Below are positions 48,976 through 57,864 of a stretch of 64,000 bases of DNA, piece by piece. Below the pieces are notes generated by a model. That model worked only from the letters and a program-made list of their open reading frames with translations. It made no database searches and was not told the origin of the DNA. Each line of letters begins with the position of its first letter. The first letter of the stretch is position 1. This stretch comes from a virus, in IMG/VR virus record IMGVR_UViG_3300034073_002480, positions 1 to 64,000 of that record, one strand, 5' to 3'. A program made the position numbers and the translations under genes.

Positions 48976-50481
48976 ATGGCACTATTCCCCCATGTAATCA
49001 CATCCAAGAACATAGAAAGAAGAGATGGCAATCCTCTGTATGAGGAGTTCCAGCCATCTTTATATGTACCTACTAATGCCCGTCTGACATCATCTGTACA
49101 GGCGTTGACAGGACGTTATATCACAGAGTTGTATTCACCGAAGCGTCGTGTGTATAACGAATGGATTAAGATGCTTGATAAAGATCCTATCGCGGCATTT
49201 TGTGCAGGTATCAAGGTGTTACGCGCACAGATTACTTTTGGGGAATATACACATCCTAACAAAGACTACCAGCAGTTCATACGCCAGAACTTTGCCAATA
49301 TGGAAGGTAGTTTCCGCAACGTATTGGCACGTCTTGCAAGCGCTATGACTTTTGGTTGTTCTGTAGCTGAGGTTAACTTCTCTTCTACGGTTCCAGGTTT
49401 TAGAGGCAAGTGGATGTTGAAAGACATCAATGTGCTGGATATCCGTAACTTATCTGCTCGTGGTAAATGTGGTCGTGTCACAGAATGGGGTTATAGAGAC
49501 AGATACAACAACACAGTATATATTGACCATCGCAAGTGCCTACATATTACAAATACAGATCTTATACCTTTTAATACAGACTTGATATGGGGATCTGCTG
49601 ATTGTGAACGTGCATTGAATTGGTATAAGCTGAGACAGTTGGTAGCTACTGAATTTGCTATTGCTGCGAAGAACAATGCTACAGGTATATTGTGGGGGCA
49701 GACTAGTAGTTCAGCAAAAATGCAGCTTTATGATGCAAATGATCAATTAAGATTAGATTCTTCGGGTAAAGCTTTAACTGTATCTAAACAGAAAGCATTA
49801 TATATGCAGTTGAAAGAACTTGACCAAAATGATTTAATTGTTACTGATCTTGATACAGATTTAAAAATCTTGCAAACCCAGACTGGGGAAGCTTTTTGGT
49901 CTTATGCTTTCGATTTAATTGAGAAGAACCTTGCCCTCAGCTTCCATGTCCCAGTTACGCTCTTTAGAGAGTCAGTGTCGGGTAGTTTTGGCAATACAGG
50001 TCTCTCACAGAATCATAAATCCATGTTAGATTCAGGAGTAGAAAGCGTAGTACAATGTATTAGAGAATCGATTCTAGAGCGTGTAGTTAAACCATTACTT
50101 ATATGGGAATTTGGAAAGATACCTGAAGATAATTATGGTTCCTTTGAGTTCTTAGTTCCTGAATCTGCTGTTGATAGGAACAGTTTGGTGAGTACGGCGC
50201 TAAGTGCGGTCGCGAGTGGGGTTATAGATGCCAATGACAAGGGACTACAAAACTTTGTAAGAAAATCTATTGGGCTAGATCCTCAAACAGATGCAGAGAA
50301 GGCTGACGCAGAAAAACTTCAGCAACTTGATATTGTCACGAAGTGGTTGAACAGCCATGCTAGTCAACAAGCAGCTAAATCTCAGATAGATGAAGCACAA
50401 GTGAAACAAAAAGAGTTACAACAAGTAGACCCTAACTTAGAAGAAAAGTCTGTTGATCCTGATAACCAGCAATATCCATAA
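48976..50481 (+). CDS. Portal protein (Mu gp29/DUF935-like)
   Basis: MLDKDPIAAF, AMTFGCSVAEV, ILERVVKPLLIWEFG, FVRKSIGL; 501 aa. Confidence 0.85.
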   Translation: MALFPHVITSKNIERRDGNPLYEEFQPSLYVPTNARLTSSVQALTGRYITELYSPKRRVYNEWIKMLDKDPIAAFCAGIKVLRAQITFGEYTHPNKDYQQFIRQNFANMEGSFRNVLARLASAMTFGCSVAEVNFSSTVPGFRGKWMLKDINVLDIRNLSARGKCGRVTEWGYRDRYNNTVYIDHRKCLHITNTDLIPFNTDLIWGSADCERALNWYKLRQLVATEFAIAAKNNATGILWGQTSSSAKMQLYDANDQLRLDSSGKALTVSKQKALYMQLKELDQNDLIVTDLDTDLKILQTQTGEAFWSYAFDLIEKNLALSFHVPVTLFRESVSGSFGNTGLSQNHKSMLDSGVESVVQCIRESILERVVKPLLIWEFGKIPEDNYGSFEFLVPESAVDRNSLVSTALSAVASGVIDANDKGLQNFVRKSIGLDPQTDAEKADAEKLQQLDIVTKWLNSHASQQAAKSQIDEAQVKQKELQQVDPNLEEKSVDPDNQQYP

Positions 50482-50602
50482 TATGCTATAATATACTGAA
50501 GAGAGTAGGTGGAATTAATTACCCCACTGACAAGAAATCCCAGTTAAGTTTCTCTCTCTTTTCCTTATTAACTGAATCCCCACATCTTAACTGGTAACAA
50601 AA

Positions 50603-51736
50603 ATGCAATACAAGATTTGTGACTTTAATAATAAGCAAATTCTTCCTGAGCTTAAAAAACAAGGAATTTACAAGATCGAGACATCTGATAACAGATGTTA
50701 TGTAGGTAGCGCAGGACGTAATTTTAGACATAGATGGACTGGGCATCTACATTCCTTACGAAACAACAAACATCATTCTCAGTATTTGCAGAATATCTTC
50801 AATAAATATGGTGAAGATTTTCTACAGTTTTCTATTTTGGAAGTCGTTACTAAAGATAAAGAGCAGCTTATAAGTCGTGAACAGTATTGGATTGATTTGC
50901 TACAACCTTGTCTGAATATTTGCCCTAATGCTGGTAACAATCTTGGTTACAAACACACAGAAGAATTTAAATTAAATAGGTCAAAACAGTCTAGAGAAAA
51001 GAGTGATTTTGAAGGTGTTGTAATAACACAGACAGGTAGATTCAGCGCTCAAATCTATGTACGTGGTAACAGAGTAGGTCTAGGGTGCTATGGCACACGT
51101 GAGGAAGCATTACAAGCTAGAGAAGAAGGTAAACTAACTTTCTGGAATGACTCCGTAGATGCAATGTCTGAAGAAGAGTTGGCTGTTTTTATAAAGCAAC
51201 GTAAAGAAAGTAGAAATGGTTATCTGATGATGCCATCAAAAACTGGTGAGTACTATATAGATTTCCAGCGAAATAGGTATATTTTTAAACATACTAGACC
51301 TAAATACCACTGTAAGTATTTTAAAACTCTTGAAGAGGCAGTAATCTACAGGGATGCATATCTGGCTTCAGGTTGTAGTTTAGAAACACCTAAAAAAGTT
51401 GCAAACTCTGGCGAGAAGCATATTAGAGTTACTGATTGTGGTAACTATAGATTCTATATTAGAAAGCCTAATTATAGTCAGATTTTTAAGACATTAGAAG
51501 AAGCTGTTGCCGCGAGAGATGCTTATTTTGCAAAAGACTATAAAGAAACTAGCTCTAGAAAACCACCAAAATCTGGTCATAAACTTATAAGAGAGACTCG
51601 CTATAACACTTACGAGTTTAGGCACAGTCCAACTAAACATCATAAATACTTCCCAACACTTGAAGAAGCAGTCGCGTACAAACAACAGTACCTCGAAAAT
51701 CTAAAAGCCTCACACCAGAATCCAACTGATGACTAG
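50603..51736 (+). CDS. GIY-YIG homing endonuclease with NUMOD3 and repeated AP2-like domains
   Basis: GIYKI...YVGSA, GYKHTEE, four (F/Y).T.EEA repeats. Confidence 0.9.
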   Translation: MQYKICDFNNKQILPELKKQGIYKIETSDNRCYVGSAGRNFRHRWTGHLHSLRNNKHHSQYLQNIFNKYGEDFLQFSILEVVTKDKEQLISREQYWIDLLQPCLNICPNAGNNLGYKHTEEFKLNRSKQSREKSDFEGVVITQTGRFSAQIYVRGNRVGLGCYGTREEALQAREEGKLTFWNDSVDAMSEEELAVFIKQRKESRNGYLMMPSKTGEYYIDFQRNRYIFKHTRPKYHCKYFKTLEEAVIYRDAYLASGCSLETPKKVANSGEKHIRVTDCGNYRFYIRKPNYSQIFKTLEEAVAARDAYFAKDYKETSSRKPPKSGHKLIRETRYNTYEFRHSPTKHHKYFPTLEEAVAYKQQYLENLKASHQNPTDD

Positions 51737-51779
51737 GGATTACAAAACCCTTGTTTTAAGCACTAAACTAGTGAGGCAT

Positions 51780-51856
51780 TGGCTTGTCAGGAAGGATTTG
51801 AACCTTCGACATCCGAGGTAGAAGCTCGGTGTTCTTATCCGCTGAACTACTGACAA
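51780..51856 (-). tRNA. trnR: tRNA-Arg(UCU), CCA encoded
   Basis: TTGTCAG/CTGACAA acceptor stem, CCGAG-CTTCTAC-CTCGG anticodon arm, GAAGG-TTCAAAT-CCTTC T arm. Confidence 0.92.
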
Positions 51857-51927
51857 TTCCTTCGCTACGGGTCGAACGTAGAATAGAAGATCCAAATTCT
51901 TCTGTGATACCATTTCACTACAAAGGA
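51857..51927 (-). tRNA. trnQ: tRNA-Gln(UUG), no encoded CCA
   Basis: TCCTTTG/CGAAGGA acceptor (U1-A72), GAAGA-ATTTGGA-TCTTC anticodon arm, CTACG-TTCGACC-CGTAG T arm. Confidence 0.85.
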
Positions 51928-51928
51928 T

Positions 51929-52007
51929 TGGACGCAGGTGTTGGAATTGCACCAACTGATATCCAAGTTATGAGCATGGCAAGCCTGTCTGTCGCTCCGT
52001 ACCTGCT
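51929..52007 (-). tRNA. trnM: tRNA with CAU anticodon (Met/fMet-like), CCA encoded, atypical
   Basis: AGCAGGT/ACCTGCG acceptor with a 1:72 mismatch, CTCATAA loop, GTTGG-TGCAATT-CCAAC T arm. Confidence 0.75.
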
Positions 52008-52026
52008 TGTCTATTATCATAACACA

Positions 52027-52311
52027 CTATTTATCAATTTTAACAATATCAACCATCGAGAAGTCACGATAAGCTTTCTTTTCTACGTCCCAACAAGTTA
52101 ACAACCAGTTAGGTTTTGGATGGTACTCTGTCGTGCCATACCACACGTTGATTGGTATAATAACACGTTCACTGGTTTGCCCCTTGTAATTCTTGTATAA
52201 AATGTGCAGTCCTGATACCCAGCTCAAACCGTCAAAATAGTAGGTCTTAGTATCTTTATCGGTGAAAGAGTCACCTAGTTTGTAGTTAGCTTTATCTTGC
52301 ATTTTAATCAA
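52027..52311 (-). CDS. Stand-alone WYL domain protein
   Basis: ILYKNYKGQTSERVIIP...WLLTCWDVEKKAYRDF. Confidence 0.85.
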   Translation of the reverse strand: MIKMQDKANYKLGDSFTDKDTKTYYFDGLSWVSGLHILYKNYKGQTSERVIIPINVWYGTTEYHPKPNWLLTCWDVEKKAYRDFSMVDIVKIDK

Positions 52312-52460
52312 AATCTACACCTACTTGTTTGACCACTCTTTACGTGTACGTACCTTAGCAGTACCAGCCATAACTTCCTCTAGCTTTAGTTTTTTCATTA
52401 GGAAACATCTCTTCCAAATCTTCTACTGGTAGCCCTGTCAATACAGACATACACTCAATT

Positions 52461-52691
52461 TTACTTTGTGTCACGCAACAACCTCCGCAACTCTTCTGTT
52501 GGTGCAGGTGGATTTTCCATAAGCCCTACAAACTTCTCTGCATCTTTGGTGGACAAACGTAGCACAGAGTTATCTTTTAGAGGTGTAGTTTCTAACCATT
52601 CTTTATAACCAACAATCGCGTCAAGCTGACCACTGTGTATTGCCGAAGTCACGAATGATTCATACTGTAATCTGTTTTGTTCTTCTGTCAT
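52461..52691 (-). CDS. Protein with a DUF1778/TacA-antitoxin-like C-terminus
   Basis: LRLSTKDAEKFVGLMENPPAPTEELRRLL. Confidence 0.65.
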   Translation of the reverse strand: MTEEQNRLQYESFVTSAIHSGQLDAIVGYKEWLETTPLKDNSVLRLSTKDAEKFVGLMENPPAPTEELRRLLRDTK

Positions 52692-53191
52692 AGTTTTATT
52701 TTATGTTTGTCAACCAAGTAGGTCAAACCGATTGCCACTGCATCAGCAGCATGATTATGTGTTTTGGTAAAGACCGTAGAAGGAAAAACTAAACGGACTT
52801 TATCAATTATATCTTGCTTATCAGCAGTGGATTTACCTGTGATTACAAGTTTAATGTGTTTTGGTGTATAGGATTGTTCCGTAAGACCTTTCTTGTAAGC
52901 GATCAACCGTGTGATTCCAAGTGCCTGTTGAATACCGACCCCAACCCCAGCCGCATTCCTACCCTTAAATACTACAGATTCATAAGCGAATACTGAGGGT
53001 TTATGTGTGTCTATATACTGTTTCAAAAACTGGGCTAAACTATCTAACTGCTCAGGAATTGACACACCTTTACTGACAAAATGAGTTGCATCTAAACATT
53101 GCATTTCTTGTGTTTCAGTGTTGTAGTCTATAATAGCTAGACCCGTATTGCGACTTCCAATATCCTCAGATAAAACTCGTATAATAGACAC
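52688..53191 (-). CDS. ruvC: Holliday junction resolvase RuvC
   Basis: DIGSRNTGLA, AYESVVF, YTPKHIKLVITGKSTADK, HAADAVAIG. Confidence 0.92.
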   Translation of the reverse strand: MSIIRVLSEDIGSRNTGLAIIDYNTETQEMQCLDATHFVSKGVSIPEQLDSLAQFLKQYIDTHKPSVFAYESVVFKGRNAAGVGVGIQQALGITRLIAYKKGLTEQSYTPKHIKLVITGKSTADKQDIIDKVRLVFPSTVFTKTHNHAADAVAIGLTYLVDKHKIKL

Positions 53192-53214
53192 GACATAAAC
53201 CTTATATCTTACTA

Positions 53215-53685
53215 CTATATTGTAGCACGATATAACTGCAACAAGTACTGGTTCGGTATAGCTTGTGGTCTTACACGCAGAACTTCTGCAATAGCTTCTT
53301 GTTCAGATAAACCTAACTCTTCTAAAATAATCTGTGCTGTAGCTGTTGACCTCGATATACCAACTTCACAATGCACAAGTACTATTGGTCTTGTCAAGCC
53401 ATCTATATAAGCAGGTCTGATATTATTCTGCACAAAAAACAAGATACGTTGCACATCCTCTACTGTAGGTGGATAAGGTTGCTGTGCAATTTGAGCATAA
53501 TCTTGTGGTTCACCTATATAGTCATAAAATGTTAACTTCAGTTTGCGTTCTGGTGGGAACCTGTGATATCCCGAAGGAGGATCACGGTCAGGACATCCGA
53601 TACTTACAAGAAAATCTATATGGCGATTAGGATTGTTCAGGATTTTACCTGCTAATGCTCTTGAACTAATAATAAGGTCAATCAT
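53215..53685 (-). CDS. Cys-based protein-tyrosine/dual-specificity phosphatase-like protein
   Basis: VHCEVGISRS (CX5R), RPQAIPN. Confidence 0.85.
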   Translation of the reverse strand: MIDLIISSRALAGKILNNPNRHIDFLVSIGCPDRDPPSGYHRFPPERKLKLTFYDYIGEPQDYAQIAQQPYPPTVEDVQRILFFVQNNIRPAYIDGLTRPIVLVHCEVGISRSTATAQIILEELGLSEQEAIAEVLRVRPQAIPNQYLLQLYRATI

Positions 53686-53687
53686 AG

Positions 53688-54401
53688 TTAAACCGTAGAA
53701 AGAAAAAGGAGCAAATCTTGTAAAGGTTGTTTGTTATTGTAGTCACTGTTGTCAAGCACATAGTCAGCTTGGATACGACCATAATGCATATCCCAAACCA
53801 GCTTCTCACTTTGATGGATAATACCATTTTCTTTTTTGTGTTGATTAATAGCTGCATTACGATTATCAATATAAATAATAATACCACCGCTAGTTTTTAT
53901 AAACTCAAATTCATTCTGAAAACGTAAATCTGAAATAATGTGTAGTGTGTCAGGATCATTGTACTCACGAGCAAAAGCATCAACCCAAATATTATCACCT
54001 AATAACTGACGACAGATATCAGTCCCAATAATCTTTTGTGCTTCACGAGCAGAAATAAGCTTACCATTACCATCCAACCCGTCTACACACCCATACCATA
54101 AAAACTGTTGCTTTTCCTTCCATTCGCGGTTTTGAAACAACGAAAGATCATCAACACCTAAAATAGCACCAACAACTTCCGTCAACTTCGTTGCAAACTT
54201 TACAACCTCACATTTTCTTTCTAAGGTCTTCGCTAAATAATTAGCTACATAATCTTTACCTCCACCAATGTGGCTACACAATCCTACAAATCTCAGTTTA
54301 CTTTGTTTTTGCTGAGAGCGTGTTAATTCATCAATCTGTGTTTGTGATAATTCCAAACATCCTCGTGCAACAGAATCGATTATTGCTTTATTTCTTACCA
54401 T
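53688..54401 (-). CDS. Deoxynucleoside monophosphate kinase
   Basis: GGGKDYVA, FATKL, REAQKIIGTDICR, ISDLRFQNE, HQSE. Confidence 0.88.
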   Translation of the reverse strand: MVRNKAIIDSVARGCLELSQTQIDELTRSQQKQSKLRFVGLCSHIGGGKDYVANYLAKTLERKCEVVKFATKLTEVVGAILGVDDLSLFQNREWKEKQQFLWYGCVDGLDGNGKLISAREAQKIIGTDICRQLLGDNIWVDAFAREYNDPDTLHIISDLRFQNEFEFIKTSGGIIIYIDNRNAAINQHKKENGIIHQSEKLVWDMHYGRIQADYVLDNSDYNNKQPLQDLLLFLSTV

Positions 54402-54478
54402 TCTTTGCCACCTCTAAGGCATTTTTCTATCTTTTACTTGGAAACATACGTACACAATATAAAACGTCTTGGTGCGTC

Positions 54479-54664
54479 TTACAGAGGCGTTACATCAATA
54501 GTCACCCATTTTTCAGTTTCTGTGGGTATGTAAAAAGAACAGTGTGAACCGTACAAAGGAAAATTACCCCAAGCTTGTCTATAAAGGTTAGATACAGCAG
54601 TTTTACGGTAACAACTACCTGCCAGTGGACAGTCGGGAGTAGAACATTTAGTTATATCAGCCAT
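54479..54664 (-). CDS. Small Cys-rich phage protein
   Basis: MADITKC...CPL..SCYR. Confidence 0.65.
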   Translation of the reverse strand: MADITKCSTPDCPLAGSCYRKTAVSNLYRQAWGNFPLYGSHCSFYIPTETEKWVTIDVTPL

Positions 54665-55028
54665 TCTCTAACCTCTTCTTTATTGTAAGCTCATGAATCA
54701 ATCTGTTAACAACATCGCTAGATGTATGCCCATCCCATTCAGGTGCTTTTGACACCCAAACTGATGATGGTAAAAGATTCTCATATTTGTCTGGTAAATG
54801 ATATGTAATCATACCACCGTCTAGCTTAATACCAGCAATAAACCAACCATCCCAGACTGTCCCATCACTATGCCAATGTGAAGCAAAAGATAAGTCTTGA
54901 TAACACCACATCAAATGTGTAAACAACAAACAACGATGGTCATATAGTTCACCAAAAGTGTGATAACCATCTGACACTTCATTAGGGTTGCAAGCAATAA
55001 AGTTGCCATTAACTGTAATTCCTTCCAT
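54657..55028 (-). CDS. Conserved phage protein (DGYHTF/WDGH motifs)
   Basis: SDGYHTFGELYDHR, ITYHLP, APEWDGHT. Confidence 0.75.
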   Translation of the reverse strand: MEGITVNGNFIACNPNEVSDGYHTFGELYDHRCLLFTHLMWCYQDLSFASHWHSDGTVWDGWFIAGIKLDGGMITYHLPDKYENLLPSSVWVSKAPEWDGHTSSDVVNRLIHELTIKKRLENG

Positions 55029-55297
55029 AATACTCCTTTAATTAGTTTCAAAATGTTCTATAACCAGCAACACACTTCTGTCTTACCTTGTGAGAGGGTT
55101 ATGTCTGCCATATTGTAACCTCTCAAATACAAAACCTTGATCTGTTTTTCTCCAAATTCTATAGTAGCGTTCAGAGGCTCTTTTGACTGCAAAATCTTCA
55201 ATATTATGCAAGATGTATATCAAAGTACCTAGACTTATACCCATGTATGTTTTTGATGTTTCTAGATATAAGCGGTCTTTTTGTAGTTGTTCTTGTG

Positions 55298-55570
55298 TTA
55301 CACTTTCTCGTTCGGTTTCAGCCATCTGTACTTCTTGTTGTATTGCCCTGTTGTGTTGATGCATTTGTGCAAAGCAAGAGGTTCAAGGTCAGTCTCACCT
55401 TCCTCGGTACGTTTCTTTTGTGCATTAATAGCGGAAATACATACTCTGGTATAAACAGCATCTTTGCTAATAGGTTGATCTGGTCGATACGAAAATCTGT
55501 AGCTACCATCAATAAACTCTACACCACACAACGAACAGACTTGATTATCCATACTAAAAGACCCTCGCAA
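55298..55570 (-). CDS. Small Cys-containing hypothetical protein
   Basis: CSLCG...YTRVC...CIN. Confidence 0.6.
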   Translation of the reverse strand: MRGSFSMDNQVCSLCGVEFIDGSYRFSYRPDQPISKDAVYTRVCISAINAQKKRTEEGETDLEPLALHKCINTTGQYNKKYRWLKPNEKV

Positions 55571-56636
55571 ATTCTTTTATAACACCAAATCTAGGTTTAC
55601 CAGCAGGTGTAAAACCATTATACTTCACAGTTGTTGGTTTACCAATGTACAGATGTTTGTTTGCTAAAATATCATGACATACAGACTGTGTATTGGCAAC
55701 CGAAGCCTCAAATTCCACACCATCTTCTGTAACTAACAATGCTTTCTTAGCTAAACCTGCCCAATTACCTTGACCTTCTTGTATGTCCAGTAACAAAAAT
55801 TCATCTGTGTTATCAACCTTGTATTTGAGGAGATTATTTGACCTTTTATTTTCATAGTAAGACTCAGTACGAACTATCACACCTTCATACCCTTGCTCTA
55901 AATACAAACCCAAAAAATCATCTACTTGTTGATGATCTAAAGCCTGAACTGTAGGTACAACTACTACATAGTCATAATCAACTAAACACTCCAAGAACTC
56001 TAGTCTTTCACTGTACACCACAGGTAAAAAACAGTCGTAACCATAGAAAAGAATTGTGTTTTGTGATTTGGTTATGTCCTCTGGTGTCGGTTTTAATTTC
56101 TTGACGACAGAACAGATAGTATTGAAATCATCTTTGTATTGGTGGTTGTATAGTTCACCGTCCAACACAAGATCGGGGTTTGTTGCAAACACAGGTGATA
56201 ACGACTGCAAAATGTGTGGCACAGTGATGATCGGTTCACCTTTACGTGACCAAGCTCCTTGTTTATTGATTACACAACGAATTCCATCGTATTTAGGTTG
56301 TACAAAAACAGGATATTTAATCTTGTGTACACAGTCTTTGTAGTTTTTAGCTAGCATAGGTTTGAAATAACCACTAACACCTATCTCTTCTATGTTAGTC
56401 GTGTATCCACCTGCTGTCAGTTTTTTCTGGTAGTTCGCTGCAACCTCTTTTTGACATTGTTGTTCTGCTGTTGTTGCGTTGGCTCTACCTTGGTTTTTAG
56501 GTGTACAGATATGCCACTCAGACGTTGTAAGTTGTCCGTTGACCTGCCCCGTGATTGTCCTGTATCTATCACCTTGGATCTCTTGTGACCATTGTTGAAT
56601 AGCACCTGTACCTGTTTTCTTATATAAAATCTGCAT
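55554..56636 (-). CDS. lig: ATP-dependent DNA ligase
   Basis: QPKYDGIRC, LDGELY, GYEGVIVR, KRSNNLLKYK, GKPRF. Confidence 0.95.
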   Translation of the reverse strand: MQILYKKTGTGAIQQWSQEIQGDRYRTITGQVNGQLTTSEWHICTPKNQGRANATTAEQQCQKEVAANYQKKLTAGGYTTNIEEIGVSGYFKPMLAKNYKDCVHKIKYPVFVQPKYDGIRCVINKQGAWSRKGEPIITVPHILQSLSPVFATNPDLVLDGELYNHQYKDDFNTICSVVKKLKPTPEDITKSQNTILFYGYDCFLPVVYSERLEFLECLVDYDYVVVVPTVQALDHQQVDDFLGLYLEQGYEGVIVRTESYYENKRSNNLLKYKVDNTDEFLLLDIQEGQGNWAGLAKKALLVTEDGVEFEASVANTQSVCHDILANKHLYIGKPTTVKYNGFTPAGKPRFGVIKEFARVF

Positions 56637-57363
56637 TTCTTAATCTCTCTACAATAATGTCACAGTAACCACGATCTAATTCCACTCCGATAGCTCGTCT
56701 TTTATTTTGCTTAGCTGCAACTAAACTAGATCCTGAACCAGCGAAAGGATCAACCATTAACATATCGGCATTGGTATACGTTTTTATCATATACTCACAA
56801 AGCGCAACTGGTTTTTGTGTAGGATGCCATCTTTTGGTGTCATATTTGAAATCTAGAACCGACAAAGGATATCTATCACCTGTTGTATTCACTGTTTGAT
56901 TGACTTTAGATTTACCATATACACGATTCAACCGAGGATTATTAGTTGTTGTATAAGGTTTACCAGCAGTCATCTGTGGGTTATATACAGGTTGCTTGCC
57001 ATAGAAGATAAGTATGTTTTCATGGTTTTTCAAAGCCATACGTTTGCAATTCATATGACCTGTTCCTTGTGTTTTACGCCATATAAGTTCTTGTTTGAAC
57101 TCTTTGTAATTAGACGCTACAAGTTTGCTAGTGAAAGGTTGTGCGCCTGTAGCTATATAAACTGTATTAAGATGCCCTGTTTGATGCATTTGAAACCATA
57201 GAAGAGAAAGGTCTATGTGTTCAGAATCCCAGTCACAACGAACCATTTTGCCATAAGGCGCATCAAAAAAGTACATATCTACCTTTTCTTCTATGTTAGG
57301 TAGGATATCAAAGCAGTTGGCATTATACAACTGCACAAATTCATCTTGGTAGTATGGCTGCAT
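56620..57363 (-). CDS. DNA N4-C/N6-A methyltransferase (beta class)
   Basis: DAPY, HPTQKP, DPFAGSGS. Confidence 0.92.
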   Translation of the reverse strand: MQPYYQDEFVQLYNANCFDILPNIEEKVDMYFFDAPYGKMVRCDWDSEHIDLSLLWFQMHQTGHLNTVYIATGAQPFTSKLVASNYKEFKQELIWRKTQGTGHMNCKRMALKNHENILIFYGKQPVYNPQMTAGKPYTTTNNPRLNRVYGKSKVNQTVNTTGDRYPLSVLDFKYDTKRWHPTQKPVALCEYMIKTYTNADMLMVDPFAGSGSSLVAAKQNKRRAIGVELDRGYCDIIVERLRNADFI

Positions 57364-57376
57364 TAATAAAAATCTG

Positions 57377-57805
57377 CTACTTTGTTTTTACTATTGTAGC
57401 ATAATACCAAGACATATCATTTTCAATACCTTTAAAAATTAAGTCTGGATTCTCACCTTTATTCAACAAATTCTCAATAAACTCTTCCTTAAACATAAAC
57501 CCTTCTTTAACACCATTACGCCACTCAGTAATATGCCAGTCTCGTAGTGTTTTCCCTTGTATATAACGAGCCAATAGTAATGGGTCTGTACAACTGTCAG
57601 GTATCTTTATACCTTGAGATTCCCAGTCACGCATAATAACTTCTGGTTGTAAAGCATTAGGATCTTCTTTTAATAAAGGTATAGGCATAAATAGATTATC
57701 ACAACCAATAGTCCATGCTAAATAACGATCAAGAACAGCTTGGTATTTAGGTTTAATTTTAGTCATTAAATATAAGTGGTACTTGTTTATCAAAAAACTC
57801 TGCAA
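57377..57805 (-). CDS. Hypothetical protein
   Basis: 142-aa ORF within the leftward operon. Confidence 0.6.
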   Translation of the reverse strand: MQSFLINKYHLYLMTKIKPKYQAVLDRYLAWTIGCDNLFMPIPLLKEDPNALQPEVIMRDWESQGIKIPDSCTDPLLLARYIQGKTLRDWHITEWRNGVKEGFMFKEEFIENLLNKGENPDLIFKGIENDMSWYYATIVKTK

Positions 57806-57864
57806 TTCTGTGCATAGCGATCAACGATGGTTGTTTATGTCGATTGCGACGTACCCATCTTTTT

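Noticed and set aside
51829-52101. 90-aa plus-strand ORF, and ORF 51740-51955
   Set aside because: They overlap three well-formed tRNA genes.
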